Below are positions 50,453 to 62,273 of a DNA stretch of 64,000 bases, one piece after another. The translations under genes were made by a program, and so were the position numbers. Below the pieces are notes generated by a model that was given only the letters and a program-made list of their open reading frames with translations, was not told the DNA's origin and ran no database searches. Position 1 is the stretch's first letter. Every line of letters begins with the position of its first letter. The DNA comes from Lama guanicoe (lineage: Eukaryota), in the NCBI GenBank assembly GCA_013239625.1, contig MU053431.1, positions 1,266,485-1,330,484 on the forward strand, given 5' to 3'.

Positions 50453-53400
50453 AAGAAAAAAACAGGTGGGAAAAGAAGTCAGCTTCAAGAGACTAGTAAT
50501 TTCTATAACACTTACAGCTAATTTTAAAAAATCTATCGAGAACGGTTTCCCTTTGTACCCTTCAAATAGCTGTCGTGATACCTAAGATGCTACCACTTTG
50601 CAGAATTTTTACAAGATCACACAGGCACGAAGAGGGTCTGTGTTAGGTACTACGCTCCCCAACACCCGCATCCGTCTGCACAAACCTCACAGAGCCACAG
50701 CTCCTCTGTGAAAGACGTTGAAAGCTCCTTCAAACACCTCCCCTGCGCCCTCGTTCGCGTACTTCAGCAGCAGGTGTAAGAGCTGAAGAGCTGCCTCCTC
50801 TCCCTCCCGCCAGCGGTGCTGAGACAGCCATATGCACCTCAGACCGCTGACCCCCCAAAACAAGTCACCTCAGAGCTACAGAACCTTCTCACCACTTGTC
50901 CCTAAGCTCTAAAATCTGACACTCAATTCGATACTGTCATAAAAAACTGTTGTGTTAGGACTTCCCCAACCTCTGGAGCTGGAATACATTCAGAAATACA
51001 TTCTTAGCCCTGTAGGACACAAGTCCCCAGGGCCAGCACGGAGATCCCACACCCCTCCCCTTCACCTGGTCACACGCCTCCCGCCTTCCCAGTTTGGGGC
51101 TCAAAACCAGTATGCATGCTCTTCCCCCCGGGGCCACGTGGAGGGGCGAGGCAGAGCGATCCCACCAAGACGCCCGCCTGCGGACAGAGAACCAGAGTCC
51201 AGCTGGGCTTCACAGGCCCACAGAGCCGCAGGGGCGCCCCGGGCAGCCAAGGAGGAAGCCAGGGCAGCGGTGGCGGCATCCACACACTTTTCAAATTGGG
51301 GACAGTTTTTATATCCCCTTGTTTTCTGAAGGTTTAATTCCTCAGTGTAGCTATACAAGGATACATAAAAATCAAAATTTCCATTCAAGGCGTTCACAGC
51401 CCTCCCCTAGAAATATGAAGCTTCCAGTTTCCCACATAACTTTCCAGCGCCCGACCTCCTTCACGGGGTGCGGGGAGCAGCTACTCTAGGCAGGAAGCGC
51501 GGGAGCCAGCGAGGCCGCTCCTGCCACGCCAGGACGCCAGCCACCAGGCCCAGCAGCACGCGGCGGGCACCGGCGGGTGCCCGGTGCCCAGGACGGAGGG
51601 TCCTCCTGCCAACAGCTGCCCCTCCGTCATTTTCTTAATTCACCTGTCCTGTGCTGTCAAAGGCTCGATTAAACAAAAGGCTGTCGCCCTCCAGCCTAAG
51701 CCACGTTCTAAAGGTGAGAGCCCTGAAAAGTGCCTGTTTCCAGGACAATGAAGGACATCTGACACCCCTGCTCATTACCAACAGGGGGAAAGCGAAGGTG
51801 CTTCTGAGGACTGTGCAAGTTACCCCAAATCTCAGGCAAGCTTCTCCAGAGTCCTCTCAAATCTCTGCTTCAAAATTTTAAAAAAACAGTTTTAATTACG
51901 TTTTGATCAACTCATATATGACTAGTGATTTATAAAAAGGCTTTTTTCAAACGTACCACGTAAGATGAGAAACGCTTACGTTTACACACTGACATGACTG
52001 GCAGCACAGCCGAACTCCCTCTTTTTATTATGATCTCAAAGTAAGAGGCACATGCACCCTGCTGCTCCGTGCCACTGAGCTGCTCCCATCTAGGGCAGGG
52101 TCTGAACTGGGTCACTCCTGTTCGGGTCACACACCACTCCTGCGGGCCCAACGCCAACCCGCCAGGCGCTCCGGGCAGGTGTTCAAGGGGCAACCCCGGC
52201 AGTGGGACTGAGAGCCCGGGTGCCTGCCTCCACAGCCAGAGGGCAGGACAGTCCAGGGGCCAAGACACGCCGTCCTAACTGCGTCCCTGAGGAGCCCTAA
52301 CAAATAAGGACCCACCCTGCGTGGAACAGGACTTGGAAAGTGGTCCTTCCAAACGCCAGTAACACTGCCTAAGGGCAGGGCCTCCGCTGTCCCCGCGCAT
52401 GGTAAGTAGTGAGGACAGACTCCCCAGGAGGGTCCAAGGGACCCTCCCGGCTACTGCTAAAATGTGAGGATCGTCAGCTCCAAAACACATCCACACACGC
52501 CCGAGACACCACCCCAATCCGTCACCCAGACAGCTATGCCCACCTAAAGGGGACATAGGAGTGAAGGGGAAGCCAGGAGTGAAGCTGGGGCAGAGAGCAA
52601 GGAAGAGTGACCGATGCTCACCCCTCAAGGGCCTCCCCCCAAGCCGACGTGCTCCGCTCCACAGCACTGCCCGGCGCTGGCTGTGTACAGCTCCCAAAAA
52701 GTCCTTTTCCTTTTCTTTTCAAATGCTACTGTCATCCGAGTATGTCAAGAGGAAAACTCAGTGAAGGCCTTTGGCAGCCCCACGCCCAGGTGCACTCTCT
52801 CTGCAGACAGCGGTGCCCCTCGCCTCCCTTGTCTGCCAGTACATGTTCCCCAGATCTGTGACAAACTCAGCAATTCTCACTTACAGAAACAAGGCGAGCC
52901 CCAACACCAGGCTCCCCCGTCACCAAAAACACATCCAATCGGGGTATGGTTTTGAGGGGAATAAAACTGTCCTTTAGACTTGGCTACTTCCACAGCAACC
53001 TAATGCTTGAAGGCCAGTGAGAAACATAACGGAACCGAGACAGCAACAGTGGTGTGCACTGTGCATCCCAGTGCAACTTCATAGCCTCAGCAAGTGGTCA
53101 CCCCACCTTCCACCTGGGAAACTGAGCTCCCAAGGAATCACATTTTCTGTCCCAGGTCAAAACTCAGTGTCCTCAAGTAACAAAATGCAAACTCCTAGGA
53201 ACGTCCCTTGTGCCAAAGCACTTGATGTCAAGTTGGCCACCAGACTTCCCAGAGCCCGTGACTTGGGCCGGGCTCCCTGTGCTTCTCCCCGCCACCTGGG
53301 GTCAGGCCTCCCAGACCTCAGCCCATCCAGCAGCACCATCAGCTGCCCCAGGCTCTCCTTCCCTTTCTCCGCCAACCAGTACTTCAATTCACCAAGGATG

Positions 53401-54389
53401 GGAATCACTGCCCTAGACCCGTCTTCCCAGAATATCAGCCTCAAGAGTATCCATTCTGAGTCCCCCAGCAAACGTTCCCGAAGCCAAGGCATCCAGGCCA
53501 ACGATGAGGAAAGATGTCCTAGCCTGGAATGAGAGCCTACACTTCGGCCAAACCTCAGAGCCACCGGAGAACAAATTCTCTGTGAAGGCAGAACAACAGA
53601 CAGACATACACTACTGAGAATGCATATCTGCCAAAAGATAGCCTTTAGAAATGAGCCTCTCTACTGGAACACCTATCTGAAAAGATCTCTTAAAACCATG
53701 TACATGTGTGCTAATTTTGATGTCATATCACTTTTCGCTTCTTTCAACTATAATCATAATATTACCCTGGTGTTACGACTGCTCTAAGCCGTGCGCAGCT
53801 CACTGGTGCTTTCCGGAGGCCCCAGGCCCCCGCCTCTGCGGCAACACCTCTCTGAAGACGTGCGCGTCGCCATTCCTCACGGTGGGTGACACTGAGGCCC
53901 TGGCGCCGTCAACAAGCAAATTAATGACAGTAACGCAGATGCCTCTTTACAAGACTCCTGGCAAAGAACGTCCAGTCTGCTGAAACCGAACTCAACGTGA
54001 GCTCATGGTGGGCTGTGAGAGTGAAACAGGCGAGGCCTGAGTGGCCTCGGGGACTCTGAGACCTCTGTCCCCCCCGGCCTACAGGAAGGGAGGGCGCTGG
54101 GAGGGACAAACACACTCCAATTGCCAACAGTCTGTTACTTCGCTTGACACCTGTGTGGAGCTTTGAAGCCCTGCTCGCCCCAATCCCTTCCCAAACATTT
54201 GTATCAGAGCTCTACCAAGAGTGACTTCTTAGCCAAGCAATAGTTATTTTTCTGAGTTACTTCCACCTCCACTTTATACATTTTTGTGATGAAAGGCTTC
54301 AATGAATAGAAGACATCAAGTAGAATTTAACCATTTCTGATTGATCAATTACACGATGTAATTCAAATATTCATAATCTGCCATTTTAA

Positions 54390-54518
54390 GGGGGGAGGAT
54401 ATAGCTCAAGTGGTAGAGTGCATGTACGAGGTCCTGAGTTCAATCCCCAGTACCTCCTCTGAAAAACAAAATAAACAAATGAATAAAACCTAATTATTTC
54501 CCCCTTCAAAAAAGAAAC
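54390..54518 (+). mobile_element. tRNA-derived SINE (camelid Vic-1-like)
   Basis: A box tagctcaagtgg, B box gagttcaatccc, A-rich tail; degenerate TSD cataatctgccatttt / catagtctgtcattct. Confidence 0.85.
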
Positions 54519-54797
54519 ACATAGTCTGTCATTCTGATCTACAGAATAAACCTGTACTATTTAAAACAAGGTAATTCAGGGGCACTGGTAGTAGTTCTTT
54601 GTTTCTGCTGTTATTAAAATGAAGTAATGTAATTAATCAGAGCTCCTAATCGGTAGATTAGCTGTGGGGGGAAGGGGAGCACGAAGAGATAGGTGTGAAT
54701 CTTTTATTTTCTAGAAAGCATTTGGCCCCTTTAAAGCACAGCTCTCAGCATTTGTCACCCGAGTGTCAACATGAGCTGTTCTCTGCTCTCACATATA

Positions 54798-54844
54798 AGA
54801 GACTAATGCAGAGACTCATGCAAAGACTCGGGAGAACTCATGCA
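54798..54844. repeat. Short ~12-bp tandem repeat (agagactcatgc x ~4, decaying)
   Basis: agagactaatgc agagactcatgc aaagactcggga gaactcatgca. Confidence 0.7.
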
Positions 54845-56638
54845 AAAAGTCAGCGCTTTGACAATTTTTTTCAAGAAGTCGTTTAGTTGTCACGTGCAGA
54901 CATCCCTCACCCTGATGTTAGAGCAGGAGAAGAAAGCGAGTCTGGGGTCAATCGTGACAAAGACGCGAGGTGCCTTTTCTAAACCACAGCTTCCTCCCCC
55001 CAGAAGTAAGGTAGCAGGGGCATCGCCTCCGCAAAGGCTCAGACCGAGGGGATCCCGGAAACGCCAGACCCCACACTGGCACCCAGGGGGGCCTCTTCAC
55101 CACCCCTGCAAGCCAGGCAGGGCGCCAGCCTCACTGACAAGCTCACACCAGTTTTAAATAACAAAAGTGTGGTGTGGGGAACCGTCCTAGCTGTGAGTAA
55201 CCGAGTCCTGAGAGGGCACTTGAATAAGTAGATAGAAGTATTTTGACATTTTACGTCATGTGCAACAACCACGAATTCCCATTTTCAAACGTTATTAAAG
55301 ATCAGCCGTATTTTCCACCGAAAGGTCAAAATATGCATAATGAGCAAAACAGAACCTTCAACAAAACATCCTTACAAGCTCAAAACAAACACGATGTGTT
55401 GTGAGGGGCACCCTGCACCTCTCAGGTACTTATCTCACATCACCTCCTCGGAGGGGGAGGGCAGCCGCCACGACCACCCCAAAAACACTTGGCTCGGTTC
55501 TTGGCTGTCACCGTCCCTCCTGGTGCCCGTGTAAAAGCAGATCCCTGCCAAGCTTCACCACCGCTCCGAACCTCACCTTACTTTGACAGGGAAACCTTCC
55601 CTTTTAAGACGCTGAAATCCTTCCACGGTGACCAATGGCTCTTTTCAGAAAGCACGAGGGGACAAGACACAGGAGGTGCTGTTTCCACTACCGCCGCTGC
55701 CGGGCGGCCACACGGGCACATGTTACTACACAGCAGGGGAGGAGCCCAGCAGAGTCCACGCAGGCGAGGTGGAGGGGATGCAAGGGAAAACAGGGAGCCT
55801 CCTGTGCTCGAGTTTCTCTCTGCCTAGGAATCCCAAAACAAAGCAGCGTGACACCCAACGCTGCGAGAGACCTTCCGCTGGCTGGCGAACCTGAAGAACC
55901 CGAAAGAGCTGCTGAGGCGGCAGGAGACAGGAGACGGACGCGGCTCCAGGAGGCTCCCGGTCCTCCCCCACCGACCGTACCTCCCAGAGACCCACTGATG
56001 GGACAGTGCGTGCCCGCCACTGACTTCAGCAGTTCTGGTCAGGGTAACCGGGCGTCCTCTAAGTGAGCACACGGTGTGCAGCAACACCGTGGCCACGGGA
56101 AGTGCTGAAACACGACTGCAGAGCAGCCGAGAGGCAGGGCTCCGCCAGGAAGGGTGTGTGCCCCGGGACTCCTCCAGGCTCACCTGGGATCTCTGCCATC
56201 CCGGTGTCGGCAGCGAGGCGAAAGCTTTCCATGCAGGCTTGCCCAGCCTCATGGAGGGGGCGTCAGTCTGCTAACCTCTCCCAAGAAAGGAGGGGTCCCT
56301 AGCCCACCATCAGGGGACACCAATCACAGCTTAGAATAATAAAAGAGCAGGAAAAGTTCAGCAGAGAGATACAGGCCAGGCGCCTGATCCTAGAAACCAA
56401 GAAAAGGAAGTGCCAAGAGTGGGAAGGCCAGGGACCCAGACTGTACAACCCAGTAAGTTGTCCCCAGAGAGCCAGGTGCCACTGCTGTCCGCTGTGGGGG
56501 GACTGGGCAGGGGTTCGCAGGGCCAGGAGGGGAGGGGAGGACCCACTCGCTGAACTGTGAGCCCTGGAGGACAAGCTCTGCGCTGCACAGAGGTGAGCTG
56601 AGGCCAAACCCTGCGCGGTGTGTAAGAGACCCCACAGC

Positions 56639-56645
<7 letters not shown>

Positions 56646-56683
<38 letters not shown>
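56646..56683. repeat. (CA)19 microsatellite
   Basis: Perfect CA run followed by gcacgcgcactcgcgcgc. Confidence 0.97.
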
Positions 56684-56685
<2 letters not shown>

Positions 56686-56856
56686 CACGCGCACTCGCGC
56701 GCTCTCTCACGCACCGGGGACCGTCCCGCGCCTGGGCAGAGGTGCACCTCCGCTCGCGGCAGGCCGGTGCAAGACCCATGACCTCAGCGTCCTGCCAGCC
56801 CTACAACTTCCTGGACTCCCGGCAGCACACACCCGCCCAGCAGCGCGGCCACTCAC

Positions 56857-57827
56857 CTGGGGGCAGCTGGAAGTTCTGGATGTTGGTCGGGTTCTGCGGC
56901 GGCTGCGGCAGGCGTGGGGCTAGGACCGTGGGCGTCAGCGTGGCCCGGATCCCACCGGTGGTGGCCGAGGGCGTCCTGGGCAGGCTCTGGGTCACTGCGC
57001 TGGCCGAGCCCTTGGGTAGCCCGGTGGGGGTGCCGGGGGCCGGTGGCGGGAGACCGGCGGCGGCGGCTGGCAGCGCCCCTTGCATAGTTGGCCCGAGGAT
57101 CATGCCGGCCCCCGCGCCGGCCGGGCAGCTGGCCGCCAGGGTCTGCGGCGGCGGGGGCGCCGGCTGCAGCGCGGTCTTGGGCGAGTCGGCCTTGGCCACC
57201 TGCGCGGGCGCGGCGGCGGGCCCGGGCTGACTGTTGGCGGCGGGNNNNNNNNNNNNNNNNNNNNNNNNNNNNNNNNNNNNNNNNNNNNNNNNNNNNNNNN
57301 NNNNNNNNNNNNNNNNNNNNNNNNNNNNNNNNNNNNNNNNNNNNNNNNNNNNNNNNNNNNNNNNNNNNNNNNNNNNNNNNNNNNNNNNNNNNNNNNNNNN
57401 NNNNNNNNNNNNNNNNNNNNNNNNNNNNNNNNNNNNNNNNNNNNNNNNNNNNNNNNNNNNNNNNNNNNNNNNNNNNNNNNNNNNNNNNNNNNNNNNNNNN
57501 NNNNNNNNNNNNNNNNNNNNNNNNNNNNNNNNNNNNNNNNNNNNNNNNNNNNNNNNNNNNNNNNNNNNNNNNNNNNNNNNNNNNNNNNNNNGGCTCCGGC
57601 GCCGCTGCGGGCGCGCCCTCGGCCGGCACGGCTCCGGCTCCGACATGGTTCCCGAGCGCGCCGGCGGCCGCGGCCCGCGCCTNNNNNNNNNNNNNNNNNN
57701 NNNNNNNNNNNNNNNNNNNNNNNNNNNNNNNNNNNNNNNNNNNNNNNNNNNNNNNNNNNNNNNNNNNNNNNNNNNNNNNNNNNNNNNNNNNNNNNNNNNN
57801 NNNNNNNNNNNNNNNNNNNNNNGCCAT
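56857..57827 (-). CDS. TAF4: TAF4 coding exon 1 (Pro/Ala-rich N-terminus; interrupted by N gaps)
   Basis: gaggaggaaagATGGC with ATG at 57827-57825. Visible peptides ARAAAAGALGNHV...PAEGAPAAAPE and ...GIRATLTPTVLAPRLPQPPQNPTNIQNFQLPP. Donor CCAG|gtgagt, phase 1. Confidence 0.92.
57245..57591. other. Assembly gap (347 N) inside TAF4 exon 1
   Basis: Run of N. Confidence 0.99.
57683..57822. other. Assembly gap (140 N) inside TAF4 exon 1
   Basis: Run of N; frame-preserving between ATG GC and AG GCG CGG. Confidence 0.99.
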
Positions 57828-57843
57828 CTTTCCTCCTCGGCCC

Positions 57844-58016
57844 NNNNNNNNNNNNNNNNNNNNNNNNNNNNNNNNNNNNNNNNNNNNNNNNNNNNNNNNN
57901 NNNNNNNNNNNNNNNNNNNNNNNNNNNNNNNNNNNNNNNNNNNNNNNNNNNNNNNNNNNNNNNNNNNNNNNNNNNNNNNNNNNNNNNNNNNNNNNNNNNN
58001 NNNNNNNNNNNNNNNN
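57844..58016. other. Assembly gap (173 N) over the likely 5'UTR/TSS
   Basis: Run of N. Confidence 0.99.
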
Positions 58017-58220
58017 GGGGGGGAGGGCGCGGCGGTGAGGTGCGCACGCGCGGCGGCGTGCCCGCCCCCGCCCGCCGCCCGGTGCGTCGCCATTGGCCGT
58101 GGTGCCCCCCCGCCCGTCCGCCCGGAGTCCCGCGATTGGCCGCGGCGCGCACTTAAAAGACGCGTCCAATGGCTGCGAGCCGCAGAGGCCGGGGCGCGGG
58201 CGGGCGGCCGGGGTTTGGCG
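58017..58220. promoter_or_regulatory. TAF4 proximal promoter motifs: NRF1-like site, GC boxes, three CCAAT boxes
   Basis: TGCGCACGCGC at 58041-58051; ATTGG at 58092-58096 and 58135-58139 (CCAAT on minus strand); CCAAT at 58166-58170; several CCCGCCC; lone AT-rich CTTAAAAG at 58152-58159. Motif matches only. Confidence 0.6.
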
Positions 58221-60883
58221 GGCAAGTGGGCAGTGGGCGGTGGGGTCGGTTGTTTTCGGGCTGGCGAGGTTCAGGGTCCGAGCCGCCGGATGGGTCTGAG
58301 GCCGACAGCCGGGAGAGCGACACGGGTGGGGACAGCGGTGGGGGCGGCGACGGTGACTCGTTCTTTGTCTCCGCTGCTCCAAAATGGCTGCGGCCGGAGC
58401 TGACAGGAGGGCCGGGCGGGCGAGGGAGCGGGGACACTGTGCTCCCGGGGCCCGACGCCCGTTAGCGCAGCTGCAGCCGCCGCTTGCGGAGTCCCGGCGC
58501 GCCGGGAGGGCGCGGGCTGAGGCTGGGGTCCGGGTTAGGGAGGCGGCCCGGGCGCCGTCGCCATTACTGCCTGGCGGACGCGGGCCCCAGAGCTCGGCGC
58601 ACTGGGTGGGGCGGGCGCGGGCCTGCCCTCCGGCCCGACTCCCCGGTCGGTCCGAGAGCCGGCGTCTCGCGCAGTCAGTGCCGTTGCTTGGGGGGCGGGG
58701 GCGGGGGGTGTCGGCGCCCGAGGACGCCCGAAGCCGCGCCGGGGTGACTCACTCCATCCGGCTGCTCGGCCCCGGGACACTTGTGACTGTAAATTACTGG
58801 GTGAGGCGGCCGCGCCGGCCGGGACCAGCAGCCCCCGTAGGGAGCCCTCCAGCCCGGAGCTCCTTCTCGGTGCCTGAGTCCCCGTTCTGTCCTTTCGACG
58901 AAGTAAGTTACCTAAAACAGCCCTACGAGCACCTTCTCTATAGAAATTGTTCTGGTAAAGTTCTCTTCTTGTGCGTTTTCTGTTTTGTTTTGTTTTGTTT
59001 CACCAAAAGAAGGCATTCTGGGATCTCCCTAGGGGAGAGAAATGCCCTTGGCCCCAGCCTCGCCGGCTGCGCGGGACCGCAGGTCGGGCTCCAGCTGCAG
59101 GGGCAGCGCCGCGGGCGCGCAGACCTCAGCACAATGGGGGGAGCCGCTGACACGTAACTGCTCTTTCCCAGCCGCCTCAACAAAAGAGCCGCCGGCCCCG
59201 CAGGCCCATCTCAGCGGGGCGGGTGCTAGACCACGAGCGTGGGGATTGGAGCCCGGAAAGCGGCCTCCCCGGGGGATAGTGACGGGGGAAACCCTACAAA
59301 GAAAGAACCGGAATTTCGCACCTGAATTTTAGGCTCCGAAAAGCAGGGAAGGGGTGGGACAAACCTGGGGTGGGGGACCGTGAATCCGGGGCGCCTTGAG
59401 CCCAGCGTGGGCGGACGGTCTGGTTTTCCAACAAGAGCAGCAATGTGGATTTACTCGTAAAATCTCATAATTTTCAAATATTGACGGCCAACTAGAAAAT
59501 GCTAAAGTAGGCCAACCAAGGCTTCAGCAGGCACCTCAGCCCCGTGTGCGCTCTCCGCAGTGGGAAACCGAGGTGCATGCCGTAGCCTACACCCTCGAAA
59601 CACTCGGATTGGAGTCGGGGGTGGGAGAGCTAGGCGCCGCGCTACAAGGCGGATCCCTGGATGCGGCGAGACAGTGAAGCCCAGATTCTGAGGCTCGAGC
59701 GAGGGCGGGGAGACAGCGGGGGAGGGGTCCCCGCAGGTCCGCCCCGGTAGTTGCGGGTATCTTCCGTAAACGGAGCTGGTCGTGCGCCTCCGGCCACTCC
59801 CGCTTCCCCGCGGAGCGGTGGCCTCCGGCGTCCTCTGAAGTCCTGCCAGAACCCCTCCAACCGCGTGTGTGTACCCCGCCCCGCCCCAGCCTCCGCGGGC
59901 TGGGTTCGGCCTGCGTCCTTGGGTGCGCGCCGCGGTCGCCTCCCCTCTGCGCCAGGCCTCCCGCATTGGTGCTGACATCACCCCCAGAGTCCTCCGGGGC
60001 ACCCTCCAGTCCTGCAGGAAGTGTGGGAGGTGAAGAGACTGTCCCCCACCTCCGCCGCCCCAGATCCCCTTCCGGGGAGGGGTGCGCCCCCCGGGAAAAT
60101 GGGAGCTGCAGACGGCTCAGACAGCTCTCTGGAGCACTGCACACCTTGAGAGTTGGGTTCGGGGCGGAAGCCACACGGCTCCTCCCCTCCTGGTGGGGGA
60201 TGGGGAGATGCTGCCGAACTGTTAACCTCCGTCACACTGGGGACTTGGGGCATTTTCTTTGAGTATCTCTGTGTGGTGTTACTTGTTTCCACAAGCAGCT
60301 ATGACTCCTGTAGCTTAAAACAAAAATCCCACCTAGCATAAAAAGAAAAAGGGACTGAAAATGAGTGTAAATATAAACACCAGCTTTAAACAAGGGAAAA
60401 TGTTTGCTGTTAAGTGAAAATGACGGAACCCAGAAACCTCACCACCTACAGCAAAAATGCAGGGTAGTGAGCAAAACGGCAGCTTCCCAAGCCGGCAGCT
60501 CTGGGGGACTTTCAGGATTATTAAGCAGTGTACTGTCCTTTCAATAAAACAGAAAGCAGCGGACACTCTCTCTTAAATATAAGAATAAACACAACCATGA
60601 ATCAATAGTTGCAGTGTTGCTCTGGCCGCGGGAAAGATAACGCAGTGTTTGTTCTATTCCCTGTGCTTTTGTTGTCTGCCTGAAATACTACATCATAAAA
60701 ACAAAAAGACGTGCAGCTAGACGGCAGCTGGTGGCCCAGCCCTGTTCCAGAGTCTTGTTCACCTGAGTGGCTTCCAGCTGGCAGCACTCAGCGCTGCAGA
60801 CGCAGCCCAGTGTGCCCATGGTCAAGAGTGGACCCACATCCGAGGGGCAGGCTCATGAACACATAACTGATGGCAGAGGCAGG

Positions 60884-61315
60884 TGCATTCATTTCATAGG
60901 GCCAGCATAACATTATCACAGACTTGGGGGCTTGAAACAACAGAAACTTACTTTCACAGTTCTGGAAACCAGAAGTCCAAAATCCAGGTCTCCACAGGGT
61001 CACACTCCCTCCAGAGGCCCTAGGGGAGGACCCTTCCTGCCTCTTCCAGCTCTGGTGGCCCCACCATTCTTGGCTTGCATCGCTCCAGGCTCTACGTCTG
61101 TAGTCACGTGGCCTTCTCCCTGTGTGTCTCGGTGTCTTTTCATCTTATGAGGATGCCTGTTGTTGGATTTAGGGCTTACCCTAAATCCAAAATTATTTCA
61201 TCTTAAGATCCTTAACTAATTACAGGGGCAAAGACCTTATTTCCAAAAAATGTCACATATGAGGTTCTAGGTGGACCTGAATTTCGGGGGGGGGGCACCA
61301 TTCAACCCAATATAC
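60884..61315 (-). mobile_element. MaLR solo LTR (MLT1C/D-like)
   Basis: Typical MLT1 reverse-strand motifs: ggcttgaaacaacagaaacttactttcacagttctgga, ttcctgcctcttccagctctggtggc, gcaaagaccttatttccaaa, caccattcaaccc. Confidence 0.8.
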
Positions 61316-61451
61316 CAGATGACCAGTTTGTTCACTTACGGAGAAACTTCGGCCTCACCAAGAAAGTGACAATGCACTATTCTGCTTGGGTGGCCGCCGA
61401 TATTAACCAAACTGATGCGTCGAGCACCCACCTCCACACCAGGCTGAGCCT

Positions 61452-61550
61452 GTGTTGCAGACAAGGGAACTGAAGCTTGGGAAGGTTAAGTCGCTAGCCC
61501 AAGGTCTCTTTCCAGGTGGGGACAGAAACCCAGGACTCAGACTCTGAAGC
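61452..61550 (-). mobile_element. MIR fragment
   Basis: gcagacaagggaactgaagcttgggaaggttaagtcgctagcccaaggtc resembles the MIR core. Confidence 0.6.
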
Positions 61551-62273
61551 TGCTCCATCCAGGCTGCCGTGGCTGACCAACCCGTCCATCCACACAGCCT
61601 ATCAAACACCACTGGTTAGATGTCCAGTCCTAAATTACGGTCACAGTCATCCCTGCTTCCTCTCTGCAGCTGGCCCAGATCTCCTGGATGGGGGCTGTCT
61701 GCAAACTCTTGAATGACTCATTTACAACTGTTTCTGGGCTGACTCCCACAGATAGCTAACTGTAGCCATTGTGGATGGATTTTACCAGTTCAACTCAGAG
61801 GAGCTTGTTTCATAGTTCAGGTGGGAACTTCACTCTCCCAGAATCACTGGACAGGTCACCCTGCCCCACCCCCGGCCTGGCAAGGTGCAAGCAAGACATA
61901 GACTTACCGTCAAGTGAGAGGGGCCTGGTGGCATCTCAAGTCCTCCTTTTACCTGGAAAGGTGAGACACTGCCAGGCTCCACTTTCTAAAGATGGGCACA
62001 TCTGGTGGCTTATTAGAATTGCTTGTGCTTGGGTTAATTCCTAACATGACATATCCCTCGTTCAGCTCAAATGTTTGTTTTATAAAGGCCAAGCCCTGAT
62101 TCTGGAAGACCTACCTTTTTGAAAACCTCTAGCTTCACTGGGGGGAGCTCTGGGACCTGCACCAAACAGTAGGTTTTACCATTGGTAAAGTTCATTTGGT
62201 AAGCATCCATTGTTTGGATCGGATATATGAAGCTATTAGGCACTGACCATTAAATGTAAAATTTTAAACTTTT

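Larger units (their letters stand above)
9345..57827 (-). other. TAF4: TAF4 gene span (coding exons 1-14; last exon outside window)
   Basis: Fourteen collinear minus-strand exons translate to recognisable TAF4 peptides (e.g. NIQNFQLPPGMVLVRSENGQLLMIP, ENVKKCKNFLSTLIKLA, DDDDINDVASMAGVNLSEE, RQRDANLTALAAIGPRKKRK). Splice phases are consistent from the exon 1 donor to exon 14. Confidence 0.98.
56690..59270. promoter_or_regulatory. CpG island covering TAF4 exon 1 and promoter
   Basis: Very high GC and CpG density around the start codon. Boundaries approximate; a second CpG-rich patch lies at ~59540-60130. Confidence 0.85.

Noticed and set aside
53017-53564. Overlapping 171-aa (+) and 135-aa (-) ORFs with protein-like composition (possible retrocopy)
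   Set aside because: No recognisable protein family, poly(A) tail or TSD. A BLASTX search would settle it.
54390-54460. tRNA gene
   Set aside because: A and B boxes are present, but the anticodon arm is deleted and an A-rich tail with TSD follows, so it is a SINE.
57080-58403. Long ORFs spanning the N runs
   Set aside because: Artefacts of N codons hiding stops. Only the TAF4 frames are supported.
58384-59157. 257-aa ORF MAAAGADRR… as a protein-coding gene
   Set aside because: CpG-island low-complexity R/A/G/P sequence running through a (GTTTT)n repeat, with no recognisable homology. Kept only as a possible lncRNA exon.
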